A stretch of DNA of 64,000 bases, from contig JBNJNM010000006.1 of NCBI GenBank assembly GCA_052426225.1, positions 2,790,001 to 2,854,000 of the forward strand, given 5' to 3'. Shown here in pieces: positions 39,480 through 52,128 of this stretch. The stretch is from Zancudomyces culisetae HAW-14-8 (Eukaryota; Fungi; Kickxellomycota). Positions within the stretch are counted from its first letter, which is position 1; each line of letters opens with the position of its first letter. The notes beneath the pieces were generated by a model. It ran no database searches. It was not told the DNA's origin and saw only the letters and a list, made by a program, of their open reading frames with translations. The translations under genes were made by a program, and so were the position numbers.

Positions 39480-40700
39480 ATCTAATAGATTAAATTATGA
39501 AACAATTAGCATATATAAATAACCAATGGAAATTATATTATCTACAATATTAAATTTTTGATGATTATAATCAAATAATAATATTATAATTTTCATTATT
39601 TCATACATTCTAAAATATTTAAGAAAAAATAGAATCTAAATCAATTATAATTTAAAATATTACGACAAAATCTTCTATTTAAAGATGATAAAAAAATTTT
39701 TAAGTCTATTTGAGAAATTAAAAAGTCCAAGATTAAACTTGCACCCTCGAACTACCAAATAAAATTGGTGGTCTTGGGCTAATTGAAGTTAACACTATAG
39801 TAGATTAATCTATGGAAAAGGGATAGCATCAACTATAAGCGGTGATCCCAATAGCGACTGGATTTCACTATCTGGAAGCTACTAGAACCACCTATTTAAA
39901 TATATTACATTAAATTATGGTCCACTTTTAGCTACTGAACTGATGGAACTCCATATACATTAATATAAAAGAGATCTTCACCCTTCAGGAATAAAGTTTA
40001 TTGAAGTATGGAATATCCTATTTAATGTGGATGGTAGGGACAGTATAACAGTATATCTTTGTGAAATTTTAAATTGGAGTATATTCTTTATTCAACCATT
40101 GATTATTGGTAAAGAATTAACTATCAAAGAAATAAGAAACTAAAAAAAGAAAGGATATAATACTGTGTATGACTTTTTAATGTCATTATCACAAGTAAAC
40201 AACGAGGCAAATACAACTGATGAACCAGTATACACTAGTACTGACTTTGGAAAAGAGACTCAATTCAGCATTAGTTTATACTGTCTTGAAAAAAATTTCC
40301 AACAGTTAACTCAGCCAAACCCAAATACTTTCTGCCAGCATCGCCTATAAATCTTGGAAATGGAATCTCTGAAGAGTATGCAATGAACAGAAAATTAAAA
40401 AGGTTTATTTATTTTAATTTAACAACACTGGGTTAATCCCCCCAAATTATTACAAACTAGATATAGTATCAGATAACAGTAAAATTTATAGTTGGAATAG
40501 TATTATTAGGTTAAAGGTGGAAGAAAAAATTAAATCTCACCTTTATTTAATCTTACATGGGGCAATCGTAACCGGGAAAACAGTATCGAGTTAACTGGAG
40601 CGATAGCTAATTCGATTTGTAAAATCTGTAAAAATAACGAAACCGAAACTATCAAACATGTCTACTTTGATTTTTTAGTATATAGGGTTATTAGATATTT
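39480..40700 (+). mobile_element. Highly decayed L1/Tx1-like ORF2 C-terminal fragment
   Basis: GGLGL near 39766. zf-RVT-like LHGAIVTG...CKICKNNETETIKHVYFD at 40550-40670 parallels YHGGIITG in the next LINE. Confidence 0.65.
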
Positions 40701-40809
40701 TTTTTCCTTTATAATTTCTCATCAAAAAAATAACATTAAATTGACTATTTCGTCATGAATAAATTTTTTAAATTGATAAAATCACTTTAATATATAGAAA
40801 TTAAAGAGT

Positions 40810-43570
40810 AACATTAAGGGTCATAGAGGACCAATCAGAGATGTTGGAGGCACCAATCTCAAATCAGGAAGTGCTAATGGTAATCAGGGAGCTACCAGAC
40901 AACAAGTCTCCCGGTCCGGATGGCATTAGTTTCGAATTATACAAGAAATTTGGCTTCATTATTGCCAAAATTCTGGTTAATATATTCAATACTGAGGGCA
41001 TTGATCGATGGAATGAGGCACTAGGGGTTTCAGTGAACACACTGTTACCCAAATCAGGGGATATTCGAAACATTAGAAACTGGAGACCCATCTCGCTGTC
41101 TAATTGCGACAAAAAAATCCTAACCAAAGTACTAGCAAACAGATTACAAAGGGTTATGAAAGACATTATACACCCTAGTCAATGTGGATTTGTCAAGGGC
41201 CGATCAATAATGGACAACATCCTGTTGAAAAAGTTCATCATTGATGGAGATAGACAAAAAAATAATCGTATTGATGGATACGTAGTAATGTTGGATCAGG
41301 AAAAGGCTTATGATAGGGTAGATTGGGGGTATATGTACAGATGCCTCACCAGAATGGGCATCGGTACCGGCTTCACTAGGTATCTTAAAGCCATATATAC
41401 GGGAGCTAAGACAAGAGTAAAGATCAATGGCGGACTTACAGAACCCATGGAGATCACCAGAGGTCTCCGTCAGGGTGACCCGCTGTCACCGTTGCTTTAT
41501 AACATCGTTATAGAACCTTTATTGGTGTACCTGCGAGTCATGCTCAAAGGTTTGAAGACAACTGGACTCGAATTCAGGACATCTGCATACGCGGATGACA
41601 TATCTGTAGGTATTAGTGATAGGGATGATGCAGATATTCTTGAAATGGGACTGGAGTTGCATTGCAAGGCATCTAATGCAAGGGTTAATCGCGGTAAAAC
41701 ATTAGCCATCAGCATCGGAAAACCATCTGCCATTGATGGGTTTTACTCTGTGTTGGATAAGGAAGCAAATTTCAGATACTTGGGAATCACTTTTAACTCT
41801 TATGGAATTAAATAAAAATTTATGGAGGACAAGCTGCTTTCGGATATAGACGCAAAGGCTAAAAGACTAAGCAAGAGGCATCTATCAATATCCGGTAAGG
41901 TACTACTAACAAATACTCTTTTACTATCTAAGGTTTGGTTCAGCGCCCAGGTCATACCGTTTGGAAAACATTTCTAAGACAAACTCAAAAGATTAGTCAA
42001 GAATTTTATTTGGAACGGTAAGAAATCAAGAATTGGGATCGATAAACTTGAACTCCCGGAGGATTTGGGTGGTTGGGGACTAATCCCCATTGATATCCAG
42101 TTGAATTCCTTATTTTTCAAATGGGGATTTGATTTTATTTCGAGGTTGATGGAAAATATTGAAAATGGCAAATTTTTGTGGCAAGAAATAGCGGAAAACC
42201 AATTTTACTTAGCAATTAATTCAAAATAATATGATAGCGGTGAAATTGAGCTCTCAGACGCTTTTTTTGTGAAAAAATGACTCAAAATGTGCCAAAAACG
42301 GATTATTTTTGGTCAAAATTTGCCAATTTATACGAAAAATTCATTAAAATAGATAATAATAACGTTAAAAATTGGAAATTTAATGAACAAAAATTTCTAA
42401 GCGTTAATTTTGTAAAGAATTTGATTGATTATCACTGTACAAAAAAGATATATTATTATTGAAGCAATTGGGTATAAAAAATGTATCCGATTTCTTCGGT
42501 AATTGTAATAAAATTCTGAGTAATGATGATATAGCAAAATATTCAATTGAAATTGAATCGAAATCAAAGGAATTTTATTTAAGTAAAATCGATGAACAAA
42601 ATTTTTTTGAGACTGAAAATAGTGCAAAACTCACCAGTATACCAAAGGGAAGCTGTCCATTTTGATTAGTGTAGAATGGTCCTACAAAACAAAAATGGCA
42701 CGGCGATACCTAGAATGGCAACTTATAGAAACAGAACAGAGACCAAAAATAGAACCAAACTACAAGACAATGGGAATAGAAGGCAGCAGTCTAGAAGACT
42801 TTAGTTGGAAACGACTTCGCAATTTGAACGTACAGCCAAAATTTAAAAGTTTCTTAAGGCTAATGTACCACGGTGGCATCATAACAGGAAAGGACATAAA
42901 AAAATGGAGCACAAGCAGTGGAAATATATATGGCGATAGTCGATGTAGCATTGCAAAAAAGAAGATGAGGATTATAAACATATGCTATACGACTGTAGTC
43001 GAATGCAATAAATACTGGAATAATATTATATATTTTATTGAAGACAGAAACGCAAAATCAACTGAAAACACAACAGAAAACAGTACAGAAAACAATATAA
43101 ATTTACAGGATATCTACAATATGACAATAAATATAAAGGAAAAATACCTGGAAGGACAACTCTATCGCTTTAGCCATATGGAACATTCACCGCGCGCGAA
43201 CCGAAAGCTCGTTGTCGAACGTCAACCTAAACGGGACTGAATTGTACCATCGTTTTATCGGAATCTTCGAGCAAAAATTGACCAAGATTATAAATACCAA
43301 ACGCTCAATAGATTTAAACGAACATGGCTCAAGGTCAAATGTTCGTGGTTTTCTATCGAGCCAGGAGAGGAAACCCAAGTCGATGAATAGTCGTATCGTC
43401 CTTTTCGTTTTATCTTTTAACCTATATTGAGCGTATTAAGTATATATTTTTTTAGAGAAATTGAAGATTTTGGAATAATTTTAGATTAGGGAATTGCTTA
43501 AACCTAGAAATAAATTTTTATTTATGAAATATGAATAAATTTCAGTTAACAAAAAATAAAAAAAAAATAT
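40810..43570 (+). mobile_element. Decayed 5'-truncated L1/Tx1-like LINE ORF2 (RT plus zf-RVT) ending in an A-rich tail
   Basis: KSPGPDG, NWRPISLSNCDKKIL, LDQEKAYDRVDW, GLRQGDPLSPLLY, AYADD, YLGI, GGWGL, YHGGIITG. Stops at 41813 and 41975 and elsewhere. A-run at about 43548-43567. Confidence 0.88.
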
Positions 43571-45142
43571 ATATTTAATTTATAATGGATTCAAACGTGG
43601 AACAGTTTAACGTAATAAAAACAAACGATGATGTATCAATAGATTCTAGCGAAGAATCATCAGAAGATCTTTTAGCTAAGATTCAACTATTAGAAGAGGA
43701 GAACAAGAAATTAAAAGCAGCTACAAAAACTCCTCCAACTGTACTATCAGCATCAAGGATATCTTTACTGGAAAGATATGATGGAGATAGAGGCAAATTT
43801 AGGGGCTTCTTAAATCAATGCAAACTCTTATTTCTAACACACCGTGATCAATATCCTACTGATTCAACTAAGGTAGGATTGATTATGTCTTTATTGTCAG
43901 GAAATGCATTGTTGTGAGCGTCACCGTTCATTGAAAGAACAAGACAGTATTAACAGATTATGAGTTATTAACAAAGGAATTTGCTAGAGTCTTTGACAAT
44001 CCACAGAGAGCACAAACAGCCAACGATGCTGTGAGAGCGCTTAAGCAGGGGAACCAAACTGTTGCTATGTATGCATCGGAATTTAGGAGACTTATCATGG
44101 ATTTGGATTGGAATGAGACAGCATACGTATCGCAATTTGCAGAGGGATTAAACGACAATATACTGGACGCACTCGCTTTATTCCAGACACCAACAGACCT
44201 AGAAGGCTACACACATGCAGCTATCAACATTGATGTAAGACTGACAAAGTGTAAAGAAGAGAAGGCAAGAAAAAAGAGAGGACACCCACCCCAACTTCAA
44301 CCAAGTAGCTTGTATGGAGAACCAATGCAAGTGGATGTTGTGCAGAAAGCTCTTACCACCCAGGAAAGAGAACGAAGGTTGAAGAAAGGACTTTGTATCT
44401 ACTGTGGGGGTGAGGGGCATCAAGTCACAAACTGTCCAGAGAAGTCAACTAAGCCACGACAGAAAAACAGAAACGTTCAGGATTAGAAGGGGGACCTAAC
44501 CTGAACAATACCACCAACACCAAAGATCCCCCCAACCATGATATCTTAACTCATATGATCAGTACCATTGCCTACGCAGACCATCCCTCACGTTTCTATA
44601 TACCTATTACCTTTCATATAACCAATTCAAATAAAGTTCATACCCATGCAATGATTGACTCTGGAGCCTCAGGGATATTTATGAATACTATGTTTGCGAG
44701 ATCAAATGACATACCTACTCAACCAAAAACTATACCCGTTCCCGTAGAATTTGTGGATGGCACACAAATGTCTGAAGGACCTATAACACACGAAACTAAA
44801 CCATTACTTACACAAATCAAAAAGGATCATTGAAAACAAATCAAGTTTGAAATCATGCCCAGTATCCATGCTGACATTATTCTAGGTTTACCATGGCTTG
44901 AGAAACATCAACCAACCATAGCATATAAGAAGCGCAAGCTGACCTTTGAAAATATACTCTGTCTTAAATATTGTAGCAAAAGACTTGAAATCATATCCTC
45001 CGAACCAAACATAGCTACAACTCCAAGAGAGAAATACACCAAGAATACCAAGACAACAGTGCCACTATCAGCTCAATCAAGAATAATTTCGGGTAATCCG
45101 ATAGGATTAGTCCCTACGTTACCACCTGTAATATCACAGTCA

Positions 45143-45360
45143 TTAAGCCATAGCCAAGACCATAGCCACAGCAAAAACCATAGCCACAGCAAAAACCATA
45201 GCCATAGTAAAAACCATAGCCATAGAAGAAACCATGGTCACAACCAGGACCATCACCAAGATAAAGACCAAATCCAAGGCATAGACCAAATCCAAGGCAA
45301 TAGTCACAGCCAGGACCAAGATCATGACCATTACCAAAGTTATAGCTCAGACCAGGACCA
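45143..45360 (+). repeat. 18-bp (CATAGCCACAGCAAAAAC)-type tandem repeats encoding a His/Gln/Asp-rich spacer in gypsy pol
   Basis: Direct reading: HSKNHSHSKNHSHSKNHSH. Confidence 0.75.
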
Positions 45361-46126
45361 TATTTTAAGCCTGGACCAAGGCTTTAGTAAAGTTAACGAA
45401 GATATTTATACCCATGTTCACGACCAGGACACAGATCAAACTATGAAACTTGATTATGAAAGAGACATAGATAATAAATTTGGTTTCAATTTTGTAGAAA
45501 ACGACAATATGGATACTATAAATGTTACCATGAATGAAGAGATACCACAGGCCCAAATGATGGATGTATTAGACGATCCTATAACTAACACCACTCTCAT
45601 TTCGAGATCCTACAGTCCACCCCCCCTTCGCCTCCGTTACCAGTTGAGCCATACCGTAAGAGAAATTTCGAATATATGAACCTATTCCATATACCTCCAA
45701 AACGCAGGAAGCTTGTGGTAGCACACATAATAGGTTTAATTAATCATGTATCACAATCAAAACAAATATCAGAGATATCATGTACTCTTCCTTCAAAGTA
45801 CCAAGACCTAAATCAAGCGTTCGATAAGCAATTGGCAGATCAACTTCCTCCGCATAGGCAATACGATTGTCCAATTGACCTTGTCCCCGATGCAAAGATA
45901 CCATTTGGCCCCATATATTCGTTGTCCCAAGTCAAATTGAAAGCCCTAAGAGAATACCTTGATGAAAACTTATCCAAAGACTTCATAGTACCTTCAACAT
46001 CACCAGCAGGAGCACCAATCCTGTTTGTTAAAAAAAGGATGGAACGCTTCGTTTGTGTGTTGATTATCGGGCCCTAAACAAAGTAACCATAAGAAATAGA
46101 TACCCTCTGCCACTAATGAGCGAACT

Positions 46127-46538
46127 TGTCATGAACTGATTCTAGAATGTTCGAAAACGTTCTAGAATCATCTGATTTTATTCCGCAGTAATGTTTAGAA
46201 TGTTCCCCAACATTCTAGAACATTTCCGAAAATTCACATTATTTCTTAATTTTTCTTACGTAATAATTTTCACATGTTTAATTTTATTAGCATTCGAGTT
46301 TGTTTTTTGTTTGATTACTAATCAAATTGGATTAGTAATCAAACACGTTTTTCTTTATCTTTCATTTTTAGCTATTCCGCAGTTTTCATAGTGATTTTGT
46401 TCAAAAACCAAGGCTGGAAAAAAGTATAAAAAGGGTACAATTTTCCTGTCTTGGATTCAGTATCTAGTATCTTGTATACATTCATACAATAAACATTAAC
46501 AATAATAAATATAGCTTTCCAGACTCCAGATCTTGACA
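46127..46538 (+). mobile_element. Solo LTR (412 bp) inserted in the gypsy RT, 5-bp TSD GAACT
   Basis: GAACT at 46122-46126 and 46539-46543. Ends TGTCATGAACTG...CAGATCTTGACA form a 10/12 inverted match. TATAAAA at 46425 and AATAAA at 46488. Excision restores [14 protein letters not shown]. Confidence 0.93.
46140..46230 (+). promoter_or_regulatory. Heat-shock-element-like arrays (alternating nGAAn/nTTCn) in the solo LTR
   Basis: TTCtaGAAtgTTCgaAAAcgTTCtaGAA at 46140-46167 and GAAtgTTCccCAAcaTTCtaGAAcaTTTccGAA at 46198-46230. Confidence 0.7.
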
Positions 46539-49299
46539 GAACTAATGGAGCGAGTCCATGAAGCCAAATTATTTACTAAGCTTGACCTCAGAGGCGCGTA
46601 CAATCTGGTACGCATCAAGAAAGGAGATCAGTGGAAGACGGCCTTCAGGACAAGATATGGGCACTTCCAATATAGTGTTATGCCATTTGGATTGGTGAAC
46701 GCGCCCGCCATCTTCCAACACTTTGTGAATGATATTTTTAAAGACATCCTTGATCAATTCGTTGTTATCTACCTGGATGACATACTAATTTTCTCCATGA
46801 ATCCACAAGAACATACAAATCATGTACGCCAGGTCTTAAAACGTCTTATTCAACACAAACTATATGTTAAATTGGAAAAGTGTGAGTTTGATAAGGATCA
46901 AGTCGAATTTTTAGGATATATTATCAAAGACTCAGGAATTACCATGAATTCTTCAATAATTACAGCAATTGAAGATTGGAAACCAACAAAATCAGTAAAA
47001 GAAATACAGGTGTTCTTAGGCTTTGCTAATTTCTATCGCCGCTTTATTCAAGACTTTTCCAAAGTAGTGTCACCAATAACCCAAGTACTAAAGAAAGATG
47101 CCCAGTTTTTATGGACACATACGCAGCAAAATGCATTCGAAGAACTCAAGCGTAGATTCACCACAGCACCCATCCTCAAGCATCCTATGCCTGACTTACC
47201 ATTTATCTTAGAATGCGATGCTTCTAACACTGCTCTTGGAGGCGTCCTTTCACAAAACCATGAAGGTATGAACCACCCATGTGATTTTACTCACGTTCCC
47301 TGTCCTAAATGAAATCAATTACAATATTTATGACAAAGAACTCCTGGCAATTAAAGAATAACTTGAACACTGGCGTCATCATCTCGAAGGAGCTAATCAT
47401 CCTGTTACCATTATCACAGATCATAAAAACTTGGAGTACTTTAAAACTGCTAAGATTCTCAACCAAAGGCAGGCAAGATGGTCCTTGTTTTACTCACGCT
47501 TCGATATCAATTTGCATTACAGACCGGGAACTTTAAACTGTAATGCCGACGCACTTTCACGTAGGGAGAGTCTTAAAAGGGAGGTAGCACCTTTGCAATC
47601 TCAAAATATATTCAGTCCGCGCCATGTCATTAACGTTGTATCCACAGACAAAACTCCAGAACTACTTCAAAGTATAAAGATTATAATCAAGAATGACGCC
47701 ACAGCAAAACAACTATTAGTCAAAGCCAAGAACTCAAGATCACTATTCACAGTGAAGGACGACAACATACGCTATGGAAATCTTATCTATGTACCAGATG
47801 CTCTCCGTATTCAAGTTCTGCATATGTATTCGCCTCACCACTAGCTGGCCACTTTGGCCGTTCCAAGACCCAAGGCCTCATTTCAAGAAAATTCTGGTGG
47901 CCTAAAATGAGAGGATTTGTTCAAGAATATATTAATAGTTGCGATACATGCAATAGGGCTAAGCATAGCTTGTGCAAACCCCGTGGATTACTCATGCCAC
48001 TAGACACACCTAAGAGTCCATGGCAATCAATATCAATGGACTTAATAGTTGAACTGCCAAAATCAATGAACCATACAGTCATTTTTGTAGTGGTTGACCG
48101 CCTAACGAAAATGGCACATTTTATTTCCCTCCGCGCTATACCCACAGCTATTGAGACAGCCAGTAATTCATAGATCACATCTTCAAGCTTCACGGAATGC
48201 CCAAAAGTATTATCTCTGATCGAGGATCACAGTTTATTTCAAAGTTTTGGAAGGAACTACTTCGACTTCTAAACATCAAGTCTCATCTGTCATCGGCATA
48301 CCACCCTCAATTGGACGGTCAGACGTAAAGGGTGAATCAAGTATTGGAGCAATACCATCGTTGTTATACTAACTTCCAACAAGACGATTGGTCTCAATTA
48401 CTGCCACTGGCCGAATTCGCATATAACAATGCGATCCATGCATCCACAGGAATAAGCCCATTCCGAGCTAACTATGGTTATGACCCCGAATTATACCTTG
48501 ACACAACTACAGTTTCAAATGTCCCAAGCGCCCAAGAATTTGTAAAACATATAAAAATGATACAAGACAATCTACAGATCCAATTAACCAAAGCTAAAGT
48601 AAGCTACAAAAAACATGCTGACAAGAATAGAAGTGATACGAGTGATTTTAGAACAGGAGTTAAAGTATGGCTATCTCAGACCAACATTCGAAGCCAAAGA
48701 CCATCAACTAAGTTAGACTACAAATATAGCGGGCCGTACACTATCACAGAAATGATCAACCCTGTTACAGCAAGATTATCACTGCCGCCTTTCATGAAGA
48801 TTCATCCTATCTTCCATGTATCACTGCTTAAACCAGTTCAAGAATCAATTCAAACTTTAAGATAACAGCCTCAGCCCCCTCCACTAATAGTAAACAATCA
48901 AGAAGAGTATTTAGTTTGTCAAATACTAGACTCAAAGATAGTTAGGGGAAAACTCAAGTATCTGATTGATTGGGATGGCTATGGTCCTGAAGATCGTACT
49001 TGGGAAGATTCCACTGATGTCCACGCTACCAAACTGATAAAACAATTCCATGCTAAGTACCCTGACAAGCCATGCTAAGACATATGGCTGCTCTAAGGCT
49101 GGGGTAATGTCATGAACCGATCATGCCATGAATAAAATTTAAGAATTTCATTGGTTAATTTTTATTCAAAAATTTTTTCTAAAATTTTTTGTAAAATTTT
49201 TCATGCAAAACTCATTTATTTTGAAATTAATCATTATATTGCTTTTGAATCTTTAGCAATAAAATTTTAATTAATAAATAAACCATAGATCGACTAACG

Positions 49300-49630
49300 T
49301 ACCTGGAGCCATAGCCTTGACACTCAGATGCCTCGGACCATGGTTTGGGGTTTTCATGAACAAGAAATCATGGTCAGGAGCTTGGGACGAAGCGGATTCC
49401 AAGCTCCATATCAACCAGAATGAGTTTAGAGAAGTGGAGATTGCTCTCAAGCTCAAAGAGGTCAAGGGAAAATCAGTTTGTGTGTACGCGGACAACACGA
49501 CCACCCTGGCCTACGTTCGGAAGCATGAAGGAACGCGCTCTGCGAACCATCTGCATATTGCCGAACGTGTCTGGGATTACTGCCTGAGGTCTGGGACTTG
49601 ACCACAAATGCATAACACATCCGCAACCAA
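49300..49630 (+). mobile_element. DIRS-type RNase H fragment from a second, diverged DIRS family
   Basis: WSGAW...HINQNE...VYADNTTTLAYVRKHEGTRS aligns with YSGIW..PINAKE..VYCDNNTSISYVKKQGGTRS of the intact DIRS. Confidence 0.8.
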
Positions 49631-49658
49631 TCATGTGGAAGCGCTGTCAAGATCTGGG

Positions 49659-50005
49659 TTTCATGATCATATTATGATATTTTGGGGTACCCAACATTAT
49701 TTTGTTTTTTAGGACAAAACTTAAATTGAATAATTTCACATTTCGGGTAAACCAAACTATTTTAATATTATTTTACAATTCCCCATACCCCTACTTTAAA
49801 ATTATCTAATTTGAACTATTTTATTTCATTAATTTATTATGTTCTATAGGTATGATAATATTTTCTCATTTATAAATGTGATGATACTATATGTATTTAG
49901 CATTTATATTATAATGTACTTTTGCAATAAATTATGAACTTTTTAATTCTAATACTAGTAGAAACAATACAAATAAAATATAATAGTTAGTGTCAAGTCC
50001 TGACA
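49659..50005 (+). mobile_element. Solo LTR, same family as 31456-31829
   Basis: Starts TTTCATGATC..TTTTGGGG and ends GTGTCAAGTCCTGACA. Colinear with the reverse complement of 31456-31829. Confidence 0.7.
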
Positions 50006-50941
50006 GACATTATGACAAAAGGAGAGACACAGTATTTTCTTATCAAGGGAAAAGATTTTATAGATAATGACAACACATGAGAGACGAAAAAAACCAAATA
50101 AACTGTCATGAGCTATTGAAAGAATTCGAAGACAGCTAGAACTAAATTATAATGCAGATCCTATCCTAAAAAGGGTGATGATGTTATGAATAGAACGAAG
50201 AACTATAATTTTATTTTAGTGATATTACTTTTTTTATTTTATTTTTCAATTTAACTTTGTAAGGAAAATTATTTTGGTACCGAATAATTTAATATGACGT
50301 TTTAATTAACTAAAACAAAATTAGTTTTACATAAAATCTAAACAGTACTATGTTGTTCTAACCCCTACATTGATATCCATTAAGCACATTAAGTGAATAA
50401 TCATCTTGACTATTTATTGGATGTTCAATCAGTTTATTCTACGATATACAAGGATCTGCGACCTTGTTTTTTATCATGAAATTTTCGCCTACAAATAAGT
50501 ACTATACCCTTTGATATTCATTGTGGTTATACCAACAGTAGTTTAAGAAATAGGAGTATAGTTAAATTCTACTTTTTACTTGTTTAAAGAAATTTATGTC
50601 AGATAATGTTAAATTTTAATTAATATACTAGATTTTAAACTTTTATAATAATTAAAAAATATGGTAGAAAACTTACTTAAACTATAACTTATTATTTCTA
50701 ACCAATAATTGTACAATGTTATTATTTAAGGTACTTTGGACTCTCCGGGCTATATAATTAGTAATACTAATACCCCAGAACTAATGTATACTTTATTATT
50801 TTAACTAATCTGAAACAACAATTATTACTTTAATTACAACATGTATAATTATGTTTATGACTTATTATCTAACTTGTATTATTCACTCTAAATCACTAAC
50901 TTTTGTATTAAAATATATATAAAATTTATTATGCTTCATTG

Positions 50942-51228
50942 GCCAGATACAATTATGTGTTACCAAATCTTTATTTAATTTCGAAATCTTTCCTAGATAC
51001 TAAATACTTTAACCCCAAAAAATTTTTCAAATGTTCCAAAATGTTCGAAATTTCGTAATCTGAAATTGAAAACTCAAGAATATTCTAGAGAGTTCGAATT
51101 CAGTACTAAAATTTCTTTGAAAATGTAGGGGTTAAAAGTATGAAAAAATTTTCTTAAAACAAAAACAAAATGAAAATAAAAGTATATAAACTGTCTGTCT
51201 TTCTAGTTTTCTTGAGTTCCTTACCATC
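50942..51228 (+). repeat. DIRS left inverted terminal repeat (287 bp)
   Basis: Reverse complement of 55091-55379, with 3 substitutions and one 2-bp indel seen. Confidence 0.95.
51068..51190 (+). promoter_or_regulatory. HSE-like array plus TATA box in the DIRS ITR (mirrored in the right ITR)
   Basis: GAAaaCTCaaGAAtaTTCtaGAGagTTC at 51068-51095; TATATAAA at about 51183-51190. Confidence 0.6.
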
Positions 51229-51291
51229 TTTTCTTTCGCTAGGTACACAACCAGCATTTATATACATATTTAAACATAAATAAAGTCAATC

Positions 51292-52128
51292 ATGAATAAT
51301 GCAAACATTTCGCAAGAAATGCTTCAGGAAATCCTCAACAGACTTACTGTTCTGGAGGAATCAGGTTCACAGCAACAGGCAGTATCAGTCCCAGAGTCAG
51401 TGGATATGGATCCGCCAGTTTCTCATATCACAGAAAGGCCACAGCCCGCCGACATGGAGCTTTACAAAGAGCTCCAAGAAGCTCTTCCAACCGTTACGGA
51501 AGACTTCTTCAAGTCCCCTCTGTCCGACATCAATCGGAAGAAGTTTTTTGCCGCCGTCCCCAGAAACTCCGCCATGGACTATGACCCTCCCGCGGTCAAT
51601 GTCAAGTTGTCCAGCTCTGCCAAACGCACCGACGCCGCCATGTATGATGCACAGTACAGGTTATCGGCAATCACCAGGCCGATTGACTTCTTTGTGCATG
51701 AGTGCATTCAGGGTGGCAGCCAAGTGCCAGTCTCCAAGGTTATTGAGTTTGCCAACTCAATCAGGATTCTCTTGGCTGATGCGGCAACGCACCTCAGCCA
51801 GTGCAGAATCAATCAGGCATACAGAGATGCGGGTGTTGAAACCGACACGCCGCAACTCTATCCAGAAACCAAGAAGTCCCTTGTCGACACAAGCCAGATT
51901 GTCGAAGCAAAGGCCAGCCAGCAAGCGGCCCAGAGGGCACTCAAGAGCTACCAGCCACGCAGGCCCAGATACACCGGTCAGAGAGCATTTCCAAGCCTCA
52001 TGGGAATGCAGCAAGGCCAGCAACCACAGATCCAAGAGCCACAGCAGGTCCAGGAGCAGAGGCAGCCCCGTTTCAATGCTCCTAAGAATAATTTTCGGGG
52101 TGGCAGCAGCATCAGACCCCGAAAGTAG
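51292..52128 (+). CDS. DIRS gag-like ORF1 (278 aa)
   Basis: First ORF after the left ITR. YDPPAVN...AQYRLSAITRPIDFF core and a Q/R-rich tail. Confidence 0.85.
   Translation: MNNANISQEMLQEILNRLTVLEESGSQQQAVSVPESVDMDPPVSHITERPQPADMELYKELQEALPTVTEDFFKSPLSDINRKKFFAAVPRNSAMDYDPPAVNVKLSSSAKRTDAAMYDAQYRLSAITRPIDFFVHECIQGGSQVPVSKVIEFANSIRILLADAATHLSQCRINQAYRDAGVETDTPQLYPETKKSLVDTSQIVEAKASQQAAQRALKSYQPRRPRYTGQRAFPSLMGMQQGQQPQIQEPQQVQEQRQPRFNAPKNNFRGGSSIRPRK

Larger units (their letters stand above)
43585..49125 (+). mobile_element. Decayed Ty3/gypsy chromovirus (Sushi-ichi/PEG10-like gag), interrupted by a solo LTR, with PPT and the start of the 3' LTR
   Basis: Gag ERYDGDRGKFRGFLNQCKL and [14 protein letters not shown]; PR MIDSGASG; RT LDLRGAY and YLDD; RH ECDAS; IN; chromodomain EYLVCQILDSK..YLIDWDGYGPEDRTWED. 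Purine-rich AAGGCTGGGGTAA is followed by TGTCATGAACC at 49108. Confidence 0.92.

Noticed and set aside
34565-49107. In-frame TGA codons as selenocysteine or readthrough
   Set aside because: They occur in decayed TEs together with TAA/TAG stops and frameshifts, so they are ordinary degeneration.
26780-49107. RIP-like hypermutation
   Set aside because: Inferred lesions include transversions (GGA>TGA, GAA>TAA, TGC>TGA) and indels, and the DIRS ITRs are almost unmutated.
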